Shown here one piece after another: positions 53,944 through 63,129 of a stretch of DNA of 64,000 nucleotides. Position numbers and translations under genes: made by a program. The notes beneath the pieces were generated by a model that was not told where the DNA came from, did no database searches, and saw only the letters and a program-made list of their open reading frames with translations. The DNA is taken from positions 160,001 through 224,000 of the forward strand of contig CAVYSY010000039.1 in NCBI GenBank assembly GCA_963771175.1, in the 5' to 3' direction. Every line of letters begins with the position of its first letter. Position 1 is the first letter of the stretch. Origin of the DNA: an uncultured delta proteobacterium (lineage in GTDB: Bacteria; Myxococcota; Myxococcia; Myxococcales; Myxococcaceae).

Positions 53944-54419
53944 AAAGCCCCCAACGACGCACCCCCTTAAAGACGCAGCCGTCGAGAGATTTGGTGGTCA
54001 TCACCCACCCGCTCCATCCGTTCGTGGGTCGCGCATTCCCCGTGCAGCAGCGCCTGCGCTACCTCGGCCGCCCCAGCGTCGTGCTGCTGTTTCCCGACGG
54101 CCGTCTCGCGAGGGTTCCGGAGGATTGGACGGACCTGCGGCCCAGGCCCCCACCGCTCGAGCTCCGAGGGAAATGTCCGAAGCTGCACCCTGAATCGCTC
54201 CGCGAGCTGAGTGCCCTTCTCGATGACTTGAGGCATAGGTCTCAGCTCCATGACCAGGAAGGTAGTGCGTCGGACGAGAAGCGCCAAGGGCCGGTCATCG
54301 CCGGGCGCGCTCTACGCCGCACTCCCCGCGGCGGCCCGGCACGAGCTGCTGGGCGTACTGGCCGACGTGCTGCTCAAGGCCGTCACCAAGGCTCCCGCCG
54401 GAAGCGAGGCAAGCGATGA
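53943..54419 (+). CDS. DUF5372 (Y4bD/Y4pK)-like protein; frame open back to the left junction
   Basis: VITHPLHPFVGRAF...DGRLARVPEDWTDL; no ATG in the integrated state (TTG at 53991, GTG at 53994). Confidence 0.7.
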   Translation, partial: ESPQRRTPLKTQPSRDLVVITHPLHPFVGRAFPVQQRLRYLGRPSVVLLFPDGRLARVPEDWTDLRPRPPPLELRGKCPKLHPESLRELSALLDDLRHRSQLHDQEGSASDEKRQGPVIAGRALRRTPRGGPARAAGRTGRRAAQGRHQGSRRKRGKR

Positions 54420-54588
54420 CCACCAAGATTCGGCCAGAGCACCTGGCCAGACCCGCGCTGGTGTACATCCGCCAGTCCACCCTGTTGCAGGTCCACGAGC
54501 ACCGGGAGTCGACCGAGCGCCAGTACGCCCTGGTGGAGCTGGCCAAGAAACTCGGCTGGGACGCCACCCAGGTCGAGGTCATCGATGA
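54250..54588 (+). CDS. Small accessory ORF of the recombinase element
   Basis: ATG 54250; helical LYAALPAAARHELLGVLADVLLKAV; overlaps the LSR start. Confidence 0.45.
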   Translation: MTRKVVRRTRSAKGRSSPGALYAALPAAARHELLGVLADVLLKAVTKAPAGSEASDDHQDSARAPGQTRAGVHPPVHPVAGPRAPGVDRAPVRPGGAGQETRLGRHPGRGHR

Positions 54589-56784
54589 GGACCTGGGTCA
54601 GAGCGGTGCCAGTGCCGCCCGGCGCAAGGGCTTCCAGCGGCTGACGGCCGAGGTCAGCCTCGGCAAGGTGGGCGCCGTCTTGTCGCTGGAGGTGTCACGA
54701 CTGGCGCGCTCCTCGTCCGATTGGCACCGGCTGCTGGATTTGTGCGCGCTCTCCGACACGCTCATCATCGACGACGATGGCGTCTACGACGCCAACGACT
54801 TCAACGACCGGCTGGTGCTGGGCATGAAGGGCACCATGAGTGACGCCGAGCGCCACTCCATGCGCCTGCGCCTGCAAGGCGGCATCCTGCACAAGGCGAA
54901 GAAGGGCGAGCTCGTCTATCCCCCGCCCACTGGCTACGTCTTCGAGGACGGTGCGCTCGTCTTCGACCCCGACGAGCAGGTGCAGAAAGCCATCCGTCTC
55001 CTCTTCGAGCGCTTCCGCCTGGAAGGCAGTGTCAGCGGCGCCGTGCGCTACTTCACCCGCAACAAACTGCTCTTCCCCTCACGCCATGCTCACCGGGGCG
55101 CTCCGGCGGAAATTCGCTGGCACGCGCTGGACGTCCCGCGTGCCGTGTCCATCCTGCGCAATCCGGTGTACGCCGGAGCCTACGCCTGGGGCCGCAATCG
55201 CGACCGGCGCGTCCTCGTCGAAGGAGAGGTGCGACGCAAGCACGAGACGCTCCAGGAGCCGGAGCAGTGGCATGCGTTCCTGCGCGATGCGCACCCCGCG
55301 TACATCTCCTGGGAGCAGTACCTGGAGAACTTGAAGCGCCTCGAAGACAACGCCGTCAGAGGGGCGCATGTGCGTGGCCGAGGTGCGCCACGCGGAGGTC
55401 CGGCGCTGCTCCAGGGGCTGGTGCTGTGCGGCAAGTGTGGCCGGCGGATGCACCCGGTCTACTCCGTCGCCGACGACCCCAGCTACCAGTGCAGCCGGCG
55501 CCTGTACGGCGAGGGCAACTGCTGGTCCACGGTCGCGCGCCGCATTGACGACAAGATAGTCGAGACCCTGCTGACGGCTTTCGCCCCGCCCGAATTGGAC
55601 CTGTCGCTGGCGGTCCTCAAGGAGGTGGAGCGGCAGGCCGAGGAGGTCAACCGCCAGTGGAAGCTGCGCCTGGAGCGGGTGCGCTACGAGGCCCAGCGCG
55701 CCGAGCGCCAGTACAACGCCGTGGAGCCGGAGAATCGCGTGGTGGCCCGCACGCTGGAGTCGCGCTGGAACCAGAAGCTCGAGGAGCTCGCGCGGGTCGA
55801 GCATGAGTACGAGCAGGCCAGGAGCACGAGTCCGCTGGAACTCTCGGACAAGGACAAGAAGAAGATACTGGCGCTGGCGGGCGACCTGCCCGGGCTGTGG
55901 AACGCGCCGACCACGACCAACTCGGACAAGAAGCGGATACTGCGGCTGCTCATCCAGGAGGTGGTGCTCTCGCCGGTGGACGTGCCAAAGCGGGCCACTC
56001 GCATCCGCATCCTCTGGAAGACGGGAGCCATCACCGAGTTGCAAACGCCTCGGCCCACGTTTTCTGAATCCAGAAGGACGCCACCCCAGGTCATCGCCGA
56101 GATTCGCAAGCTCGCCAGGAAGCATTACAGCGATCCGCAGATAGCAGAGGAGCTCAACCGGGGTGGCTTGAAGAGCGGCCTGCGTCACGCCTTCACCCGC
56201 CGCCTGGTGGCGGGCATTCGCAAGCGACAGGGCATTCGTGCTGGACGAACTGCTGGAGGATTCAGCATCCGGGCGCCCGAGCGCGACGAGCAGGGGCTTT
56301 ATTCCATCCGCGGTCTGATCGCGCATTTCGGAGTGACGGCCCCCATGGTCCACTACTGGGTCAACCGCGGCCTGATCACCCCCGTGCACAGCCGCACGCC
56401 CATACACAAATGGAACAAGGAGCCCTTCTGGTTCGAGATGACGCCCGAATTGGAGGCGCTCCTGGCCAAGGCGCGCGACCAGGGCTACGCAGCCGGGCAA
56501 GCCGCCGCATCCGCGGTCACAGTGGCCATCCGCGCCCGCCGGCTCGTCTGCCGGACGGCCGCTACTCCACGCGCGGTCTCGTCGAGAAGTACGGAGTAAC
56601 CTGGGACACCGTGCGGTACTGGATAAAGAAGGGCATCCTCACGCCCGAGCGCGCTCTACCGAAGGGCAATTTCTGCTTCCGGCTGACCCACGAGGTGGAG
56701 CGGCACATCCAGGCCGCCCTTGCTCGAAAACGGACGCCACGCGGTCCCACGCAGCACCACCATCATCACCTCCATTCCCGCTAA
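54416..56784 (+). CDS. Large serine recombinase (resolvase + recombinase + zinc ribbon + coiled coil + tandem C-terminal HTHs; frameshift near 56490)
   Basis: ALVYIRQST (catalytic Ser), DEDLGQSG, EVSRLARS, LRNPVYAGAY, LLQGLVLCGKCG; two MerR-like HTH repeats, the second in frame 56410-56784. Confidence 0.93.
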
Positions 56785-56810
56785 CACAGGTGTCCTGATG
56801 CAGGTTCCGG

Positions 56811-57449
56811 GGCCAGCAAGAGCGCCATGTACGTCGCGATCGCGAGGCTGACGGTCGCCAGCACCCGCGTGGGGTCGAGCATGGCCCGCACTTCCGCGCC
56901 CACTCCTTCCAGTGCCGGTCCCACCGCCAGGGCCAGGGCAATGCTGCGCTTGTCGTCGGCTTGCAGAAAGGGACCGTCTTCCAACAGCGTCAGACAATCA
57001 CTGGGAGTGCCGCGCCGCTCGCAATAACCCCCATACGACGTCAACAGCTCCGATTGCCCTGCATCTCCACCCGAGCCGCCGGTGCCCGGCGCCAGCCTGC
57101 CGCCATGTTGCACGGGGGCGGAGGAGGCCACCCGCAGCGGAATGTTGAGCACCAGCGTCGCCAGGGCGGCATGGAACTCCGCGTCCCCAATCCGCACCGG
57201 TTCGAAGTCCGTGGGCAACCTGGCGAAGACGAGCACGCCGTTGTCCACCTCATCGCTCCGTGCCGCCGTTCGCTCCTTCGTCTCCAGGGACTCCCGAGGT
57301 GTTGGCCACTGGTCGCGATACGTCGTCAGCCGTCCACCCGGGTGCGCCCCCGTGGAACACGCCCCCAGGAGCACCAGCCCAACTAGAGCCAGCGCGCCCA
57401 CGCGAGAGCACGGTCGCTCACCAAAGGGGGGCAGATGATGAGTAGACAT
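56811..57449 (-). pseudogene. 5' half of the SitA5-like lipoprotein toxin
   Basis: RBS GAGAGG; lipobox LLGAC; RLPTDFEPV; YGGYCERRGTPSDCL; ALALAVGPALEGV; ends MALLLA at the junction. Confidence 0.9.
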
Positions 57450-57509
57450 GGCCGCACCTCTCCTGGCGAGTCGTACGAGCTGAAACGCGCCGCTTATCCG
57501 AGGGGCCAG

Positions 57510-57555
57510 ATGACAAGTGGTCGAGGTGCTCCCTGTCAAGCCGTCGGGACTGGTG
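57510..57555 (-). promoter_or_regulatory. Putative toxin-operon promoter, second copy
   Basis: Minus strand CACCAGTCCCGACGGC-TTGACA-N18-TGTCAT. Confidence 0.55.
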
Positions 57556-57585
57556 GGGAGTCGGGTCGGTTATTCGAGTCACCCA

Positions 57586-57800
57586 CTACGAACCACCACG
57601 GTCCGTGAGCAACTCGTGAGGAGTTCCGGCGTTCCGCGTCGCGCGCCAGGCTCGAGCGAAACCGCCCGAGACCACGAAGCGGGGAAACGTCACCCACTGC
57701 TCGACGAAGATCCGCGCCAGGACGTCGAAGGGGCCACGGAAGGGCACCGGCGCTGTCATTTCGAGACGGTGACCGCGACCCTGGAGTGCTCCCGCCAGGC
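57586..57800 (-). pseudogene. C-terminal remnant of a small membrane-protein gene (DUF962-like)
   Basis: Reads ALQGRGHRLEMTAPVPFRGPFDVLARIFVEQWVTFPRFVVSGGFARAWR; no intact 5' part found. Confidence 0.4.
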
Positions 57801-57935
57801 CCTCGCGTGGCCAGCAGCGGCGGCCATACCGGCAAGGGCACTCCAGAGGTGACGCGAGGGGCTCCAGTGATGCGCACGCCTACATCGTACACCCATGAGA
57901 GTGCGCGGCAGTCGCCCCTTCGCGTCCACTCCGTG

Positions 57936-57983
57936 TTGCATTCGTGTCCATTCGACACTATGTTGGTGTACACAAAACACCAA
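57936..57983 (+). promoter_or_regulatory. Sigma70 promoter overlapped by two tandem NrtR-type 21-bp operators
   Basis: TTGCAT(57936)-N17-TATGTT(57959); palindromes TTCGTGT-N7-ACACTAT (57941-61) and perfect TTGGTGT-N7-ACACCAA (57963-83). Confidence 0.75.
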
Positions 57984-58000
57984 TAAGACGGAGAAGGACC

Positions 58001-58978
58001 ATGAGCATCCGGTACATGAAGGCGCCGCCGACGACGTACGTGATGCAGTTCAAGGACGGACGGGTGAAGCGCGAGGGGCCGGGCCTCTCCTTCTTCTACT
58101 GGGCGCCCACCACCACCGTGGTGTCCGTGCCGCTCGCCAGCTCGGACGTGCCCTTCGTCTTCAACGAGGTGACGCAGGACTTCCAGGCCGTCACCCTCCA
58201 GGGGCAGCTCACCTACCGGGTGGCCGACCCCAAGCTGCTCTCGGGGCTGCTGGACTACTCGGTGAAGCCCTCGGGCGAGTACGTGTCTGAGGACCCCTCG
58301 AAGCTGGAGGAGCGACTCGTCCAGTTGGCCCAGGTGCGCGCCCGCACGGTGGTGCAGTCCATGCCCCTGCGCGAGGTGCTGGTGCAGGCGGCCACCATCG
58401 AGGGCAAGGTGCTCGCGGCGCTCCGTGAGACGGAGGCGGTGAGGATGCTGGGCGTGGAGGTGCAGGGCTTCGCGCTCCTCTCGGCGCGCCCCACCCCGGA
58501 GATGGCTCGGGCCCTGGAGGCCGAGGCGCGCGAGGCCCTCCAGCGGCGCGCGGACGAGGCCATCTACGCCCGCCGCAACGCCGCCGTGGAGCAGGAGCGG
58601 CGCATCAAGGAGAGCGAGATCGCCACCGAGCTGTCCGTGGAGGCCGGCAAGCGGCAGATCCGCGAGGCGCAGATCGCCGCGGACATCGCCGTGGAGGAGC
58701 AGCGCTCGTCCTTCATGGAGCGCTGGAGCGAGAACGAGCGCAAGGCCGCCGAGGCCAAGGCCTACGCGCTGGAGAAGACGCTCGCCCCGGTGCGAGACAT
58801 GGACTGGAAGGTGCTCATGGCGGCGGCCGGCGGCGGGAACGATCCCAAGCTGAACATCGCGCTCGCCTTCCGCGAGATGGCGGAGAACGCGGGGAAGATC
58901 GGCGAGCTGAACGTGTCCCCGGACCTGCTGCGCTCGCTGCTCTCGGCCCCGTCGGGCAACCAGGGTCGTCATGGCTGA
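58001..58978 (+). CDS. SPFH/band-7 domain protein, no obvious TM
   Basis: RBS GAAGGA; GPGLSFFYW, FNEVTQDFQAVTLQGQLTYRV, RADEAIYARRNAAVEQER, IGELNVSPDLL. Confidence 0.9.
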   Translation: MSIRYMKAPPTTYVMQFKDGRVKREGPGLSFFYWAPTTTVVSVPLASSDVPFVFNEVTQDFQAVTLQGQLTYRVADPKLLSGLLDYSVKPSGEYVSEDPSKLEERLVQLAQVRARTVVQSMPLREVLVQAATIEGKVLAALRETEAVRMLGVEVQGFALLSARPTPEMARALEAEAREALQRRADEAIYARRNAAVEQERRIKESEIATELSVEAGKRQIREAQIAADIAVEEQRSSFMERWSENERKAAEAKAYALEKTLAPVRDMDWKVLMAAAGGGNDPKLNIALAFREMAENAGKIGELNVSPDLLRSLLSAPSGNQGRHG

Positions 58979-59897
58979 GTACGAGAAGATCGTCCTCGTC
59001 ACCCGGAAGACGCGGCTCGCCGAGCTGGTGGAGCGGTTCAACACGCGCTCGCAGGCGCGCTTCTACCTGGAGCACGCCGGCCAGGACTTCGAGGACTACG
59101 CGCAGGAGGATGACACCTACCGGAAGGCCCTGGACGGGCTGCGGGGGATGCTGGACTTCGGCCTGCCGGTGCAGCAGGTGGACCGGGCGCTGGTGCCCAC
59201 CTTCCTCTTCACCGGCAAGGAGCTGGTGGTGACGGTGGGCCAGGACGGACTGGTGGCCAACGTGGCTAAGTACGTGGGGTCGCAGCCCCTCGTCGGCGTC
59301 AATCCGGACCCGGCGCGCATCGATGGCGTGCTGCTGCCCTTCGGCGTGGACTCGGCCCGGGTGGCGGTACGCCACGTGCTGGAGGAGCGCGCCCGCTTCC
59401 GCGAGGTGACGCTCGCCGAGGCGGTGTTGAGCGACGGCCAGCGGCTGCTCGGGTTCAACGACCTGTTCCTCGGGGCGCGCACCCACGTCTCCGCCCGCTA
59501 CACCCTGCACTACGAGCGCCGCGCCGAGTCCCAGTCCTCCAGCGGCATCATCGTCTCCACGGGAGCGGGCTCGAGCGGCTGGCTGTCCTCGGTGTTCACG
59601 TTGGCCCGAGGGCTCACGGCGGCCACCGGAGGCACGCCGGGCGAGACCTGGCGGCTCGCATGGGAGGACCCACGGTTGGCCTTCGTGGTGCGCGAGCCCT
59701 TCATCAGCCGGCACTCGGCGGCGAGCATGGTGGGCGGGTTCGTCAGCACGGAGACGGAACTGCAAGTGGAGTCCCGGATGCCCACGGGGGGCGTCATCTT
59801 CAGCGACGGAGTGGAGGAGGACTTCCTCGCCTTCAACGCGGGCACCACGGCCCGGGTGCGTCCGGCCGCCCAGCGTGCCCGGCTCGTCGTTCACTGA
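58971..59897 (+). CDS. NAD kinase-like protein
   Basis: VGQDGLVANVAKY (GGDG variant), GVNPDP, FNDLFLG, SSGIIVSTGAGSSGW, FSDG; overlaps the SPFH gene. Confidence 0.85.
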   Translation: MAEYEKIVLVTRKTRLAELVERFNTRSQARFYLEHAGQDFEDYAQEDDTYRKALDGLRGMLDFGLPVQQVDRALVPTFLFTGKELVVTVGQDGLVANVAKYVGSQPLVGVNPDPARIDGVLLPFGVDSARVAVRHVLEERARFREVTLAEAVLSDGQRLLGFNDLFLGARTHVSARYTLHYERRAESQSSSGIIVSTGAGSSGWLSSVFTLARGLTAATGGTPGETWRLAWEDPRLAFVVREPFISRHSAASMVGGFVSTETELQVESRMPTGGVIFSDGVEEDFLAFNAGTTARVRPAAQRARLVVH

Positions 59898-59920
59898 AGA
59901 CACAGTCGAGGGGTGACGGA

Positions 59921-62900
59921 TCAGCCCGGGGGCGCGGACGCGAGCGCCTCCAGTTGCTGCACCTTCACGTTCGTCACCTTCCCTGTCTTCTCCAGCGTCC
60001 CCTGCCCCACCAGGAACAGCGCGCCGTGGATGTCCTTGCGGAACCGCGCGTACATGTCCGGCGGCACCACCAGGTTCGCGATCCCCGTCTCGTCCTCCAG
60101 CGACAGGAAGCAGAACCCCTTCGCCGTCGGCGGCATCTGCCGGCAGATGAGCATCCCGCCCACCGCCACCCGAGCCCCCGCTCGCACCCGCTCCAGCCCC
60201 GCCGCCGTCACCGCGCCCCGCTTGCGCAGCATCGGCCGCAGCAGCTCCAGCGGGTGCTTCTCCAGCGACACGCCCACCGTCTCGAAGTCCTTGCTCACCC
60301 GCTCCGCCACGTTCATCTGTGGCAGCGCCACCTCCGTCCCGTCCATCGCCATCCCGAAGAACAGGTCCATCTCCTCCAGCGGGCCCAGCGCCTGGATCTC
60401 CCACAGGGCGTCCCGCCGAGAGCCGCTGAGGCTCCCCAGCGCCCCCGCCAGCGCCAGCCGCGCCAGCTCGTGCCGGGGCGCCCGCGTCCTCCGCGCCAGC
60501 TCTCCGATGCTCGAGTACCGCTGGCCCTGCCTCAAGGTCTCCACCCGCCGCCCCGCCGCCTCCTGGAGCCCTCGCACCATCCGCAGCCCCAGTCGCAGCG
60601 CCCCACCCTCCTCCAGCGTGCAGTCCCACCCTGAGTGGTTCACGTCCACGTTCAGCACTCGCACCCCGTGCCGCTGCGCGTCCGCCACCAGCGTGTGCGG
60701 CGCGTAGAAGCCCATCGGCTGTGAGTTCAGCAGCGCCGCCGTGAAGGCCGCCGGGTAGTGGCACTTCAGCCAGGACGACGCGTACGCCAGCAGCGCGAAG
60801 CTCGCCGAGTGGCTCTCCGGGAAGCCGTAGTGCGCGAACCCGCGGAACTGGCGGAACAGCGTGTCCACGTACTCGGGCGTGTACCCCCGCGCCACTCCGC
60901 CCTCCACGAAGCGCTGGTGGAAGGGTCCCAGCCTCTCCTCCGCTCGCTTGTGGGACAGCGCCCGGCGCAGCCCGTCCGCCTCCGCCGGCGAGAAGCCCGC
61001 CACCGCCATCGCCAGCTTCATCGCCTGCTCCTGGAAGAGCGGCACCCCCAGCGTCTTCTGGAGGATCTTCCGCACGTCCTCCGACGGGTACTCCACCGGC
61101 TCCCGCCCCTCCCGCCTCCGCAGGTACGGGTGCACCATGTCCCCGACAATCGGCCCCGGGCGGATGAGCGCGATCTCCACCACCAGGTCGTAGAAGCACC
61201 GCGGCTTCAGCCTCGGCAGCATGTTCATCTGCGCCCGGCTCTCGATCTGGAACACCCCGATCGAGTCCGCGTTGCACAGCATCTCGTAGACCTGGGGGTC
61301 CTCCGCCGGAATCGTGGCCAGCGTCAGCTCGCGCCCGTAGTGCTCCTTGATGAACGTCAGGCACTTCGCCAGCGCCGTCAGCATCCCGAGCCCCAGCAGG
61401 TCCACCTTCAGGACGCCCACCGCCTCCAGGTCGTCCTTCTCCCACTGCACCACCGTGCGGCCCTTCATCGCCGCGTTCTCCACCGGGATCATCTCCACCA
61501 GTGGCTCGCGCGTGATCACGAACCCGCCCACGTGGATGGAGAGGTGCCTCGGGCAGCTCTCGATCTCCTGCGCCAGCGCGAGCGTCTGCCGCACCCGCCG
61601 GTCCTCCTCCGACAGCCCCACCTCCTTCAGCAGCTCGGTCGACATCTCGCCGCCGTGCGAGCCCGCCACCTTCGCCAGCCGGTCCACCTGGTCCAATGAC
61701 AGCCCGAGCGCCTTCCCCACCTCGCGCAGCGCCAGCCGCCCCCGGTAGCAGATGACCTCGCACACCATCCCCGCCCGGTGCCGGCCGTGCTTCTCGTAGA
61801 CGTACTGAAGGACCTCCTCGCGCCGCTCGTGCTCGAAGTCCACGTCGATGTCCGGCGGCTCCTTGCGCTCCATGCTCAGGAAGCGCTCGAAGAGCAGCCC
61901 CATCCGCACCGGATCGATCGCCGTGACTCCCAGCGCGTAGCAGACCGCCGAGTTCGCCGCGCTCCCTCGCCCCTGGCACAGAATCCCCCGCGAGCGCGCG
62001 TACCGGACGATGTCCCAGATGGCCAGGAAGTATCCCGCGAAGTCCAGCGCCGCGATGAGCTTCAGCTCGTGCTCGATCTGCTTCACCACCTCGGGTGGGA
62101 CGCCTCCCGGGTAGCGCACCTGGAGCCCCTGGTACGTCAGCTCGCGCAGCCACGTCGCCGTCGAGTGTCCCGGCGGTAAGTCCTCCTCCGAGAAGTGGTA
62201 GCGCAGCCCATCCAGCGTCGCGTGGCAGCGGCTCGCCAGCTCCAGCGTGCGCTCCAGCGCCTCGGGGCAGTCCGCGAACAGCCGCGCCATCTCCTCGGGC
62301 CCCTTCAGCGTCCGCTCCGCGTTGGGCAGCCGCCGCGTCCCGAGCTGCCCCAGCGTCGTCTTGTGCCGGATGGCCGTGAGCACGTCCTGCAGCGGCTGGC
62401 GGCTCCGGTGGTGCGTGTGCACGTCGTTGTGCGCGCACAGCGGCGCCCCGAGTGCCTTCGCCAGCGCCCGCGATTGGGCCACCCGCGCCTCGTCCCCCGA
62501 GGACAACGAGCGGCTCACGCCCACGTAGAAGCGCTCCGGGAAGGCCTCGGCCAGTGGGGCCACCTTCTCCGCGGACACCGGGTGCGGCAGGAGCGCCAGC
62601 AGGCCCTGGTTGCCCTCCGCCAGCTCACGCCAGGGCAGGCCCGCCTCGCCCTTCGGGTGCATCATCCGGCTCTTGGAGATGAGCCGGCTCAGGTTCGCGT
62701 AGCCCGCCGCGTCCTGCGCGTACACCACCACGCTCGGGCCATCCATGAGCGTCAGCTCGCTGGCCAACAGGAACTTGATGCCCGCCTCCCTCGCCGCGAG
62801 GTGCGCCTTCACCGCCCCGTACAGTCCGTCCCCGTCCGCCAGCGCCACCGCGGCCAGCCCCTGAGCCGCCGCTGCCTGGATCAGTTCCTCGGGGTGCGAG

Positions 62901-62959
62901 GCCCCGCGCAGAAACGAAAAATTCGAGCGGCAGACGAGCTCGGCGTACACGCTCGCCAC
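59921..62959 (-). CDS. dnaE2: Error-prone DNA polymerase DnaE2 (ImuC)
   Basis: YAEL..SNFSFLRGASHPEEL, GRGSAANS, PDIDVDFE, PRHLSIHVGG, YGFPESH, LLNSQPMGFY, SLEDETG. Confidence 0.96.
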   Translation of the reverse strand: MASVYAELVCRSNFSFLRGASHPEELIQAAAAQGLAAVALADGDGLYGAVKAHLAAREAGIKFLLASELTLMDGPSVVVYAQDAAGYANLSRLISKSRMMHPKGEAGLPWRELAEGNQGLLALLPHPVSAEKVAPLAEAFPERFYVGVSRSLSSGDEARVAQSRALAKALGAPLCAHNDVHTHHRSRQPLQDVLTAIRHKTTLGQLGTRRLPNAERTLKGPEEMARLFADCPEALERTLELASRCHATLDGLRYHFSEEDLPPGHSTATWLRELTYQGLQVRYPGGVPPEVVKQIEHELKLIAALDFAGYFLAIWDIVRYARSRGILCQGRGSAANSAVCYALGVTAIDPVRMGLLFERFLSMERKEPPDIDVDFEHERREEVLQYVYEKHGRHRAGMVCEVICYRGRLALREVGKALGLSLDQVDRLAKVAGSHGGEMSTELLKEVGLSEEDRRVRQTLALAQEIESCPRHLSIHVGGFVITREPLVEMIPVENAAMKGRTVVQWEKDDLEAVGVLKVDLLGLGMLTALAKCLTFIKEHYGRELTLATIPAEDPQVYEMLCNADSIGVFQIESRAQMNMLPRLKPRCFYDLVVEIALIRPGPIVGDMVHPYLRRREGREPVEYPSEDVRKILQKTLGVPLFQEQAMKLAMAVAGFSPAEADGLRRALSHKRAEERLGPFHQRFVEGGVARGYTPEYVDTLFRQFRGFAHYGFPESHSASFALLAYASSWLKCHYPAAFTAALLNSQPMGFYAPHTLVADAQRHGVRVLNVDVNHSGWDCTLEEGGALRLGLRMVRGLQEAAGRRVETLRQGQRYSSIGELARRTRAPRHELARLALAGALGSLSGSRRDALWEIQALGPLEEMDLFFGMAMDGTEVALPQMNVAERVSKDFETVGVSLEKHPLELLRPMLRKRGAVTAAGLERVRAGARVAVGGMLICRQMPPTAKGFCFLSLEDETGIANLVVPPDMYARFRKDIHGALFLVGQGTLEKTGKVTNVKVQQLEALASAPPG

Positions 62960-62963
62960 CCTA

Positions 62964-62979
62964 CTGAGCAGCCGTTCAG
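62964..62979. promoter_or_regulatory. LexA (SOS) box, myxobacterial type
   Basis: CTGAGC-AGCC-GTTCAG, one mismatch to the palindrome CTGAAC-N4-GTTCAG, 4 bp upstream of the dnaE2 start. Confidence 0.7.
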
Positions 62980-63129
62980 GCGGAAGGTCCGCCCCAGTAG
63001 GTATGTTGATCCTACCGGCCGTGTCACGTCACCGCCGAAGTGGGATCGAACAGCGTGACCTTCTCGCGGTCAGCACCACGGAGTCACGTTGACTTCCCCC
63101 AAGCGCGGGCCAAGCATGCGGCGTCCTCG

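Larger units (their letters stand above)
53944..56810 (+). mobile_element. 2,867-bp large-serine-recombinase element (DUF5372-like ORF + small ORF + LSR) inserted at a GG core
   Basis: Splits the toxin in the PEP codons; junctions CCGGCTCGGG (53934-43) and CAGGTTCCGG (56801-10) match 7/10; removal restores the frame; no TSD beyond the core. Confidence 0.88.

Noticed and set aside
56752..56775. His-run as an engineered tag
   Set aside because: Mixed CAC/CAT codons in a natural context with no vector features
53944..56810. Prophage or classical DDE insertion sequence
   Set aside because: No phage genes, no DDE transposase, no terminal inverted repeats with target-site duplication
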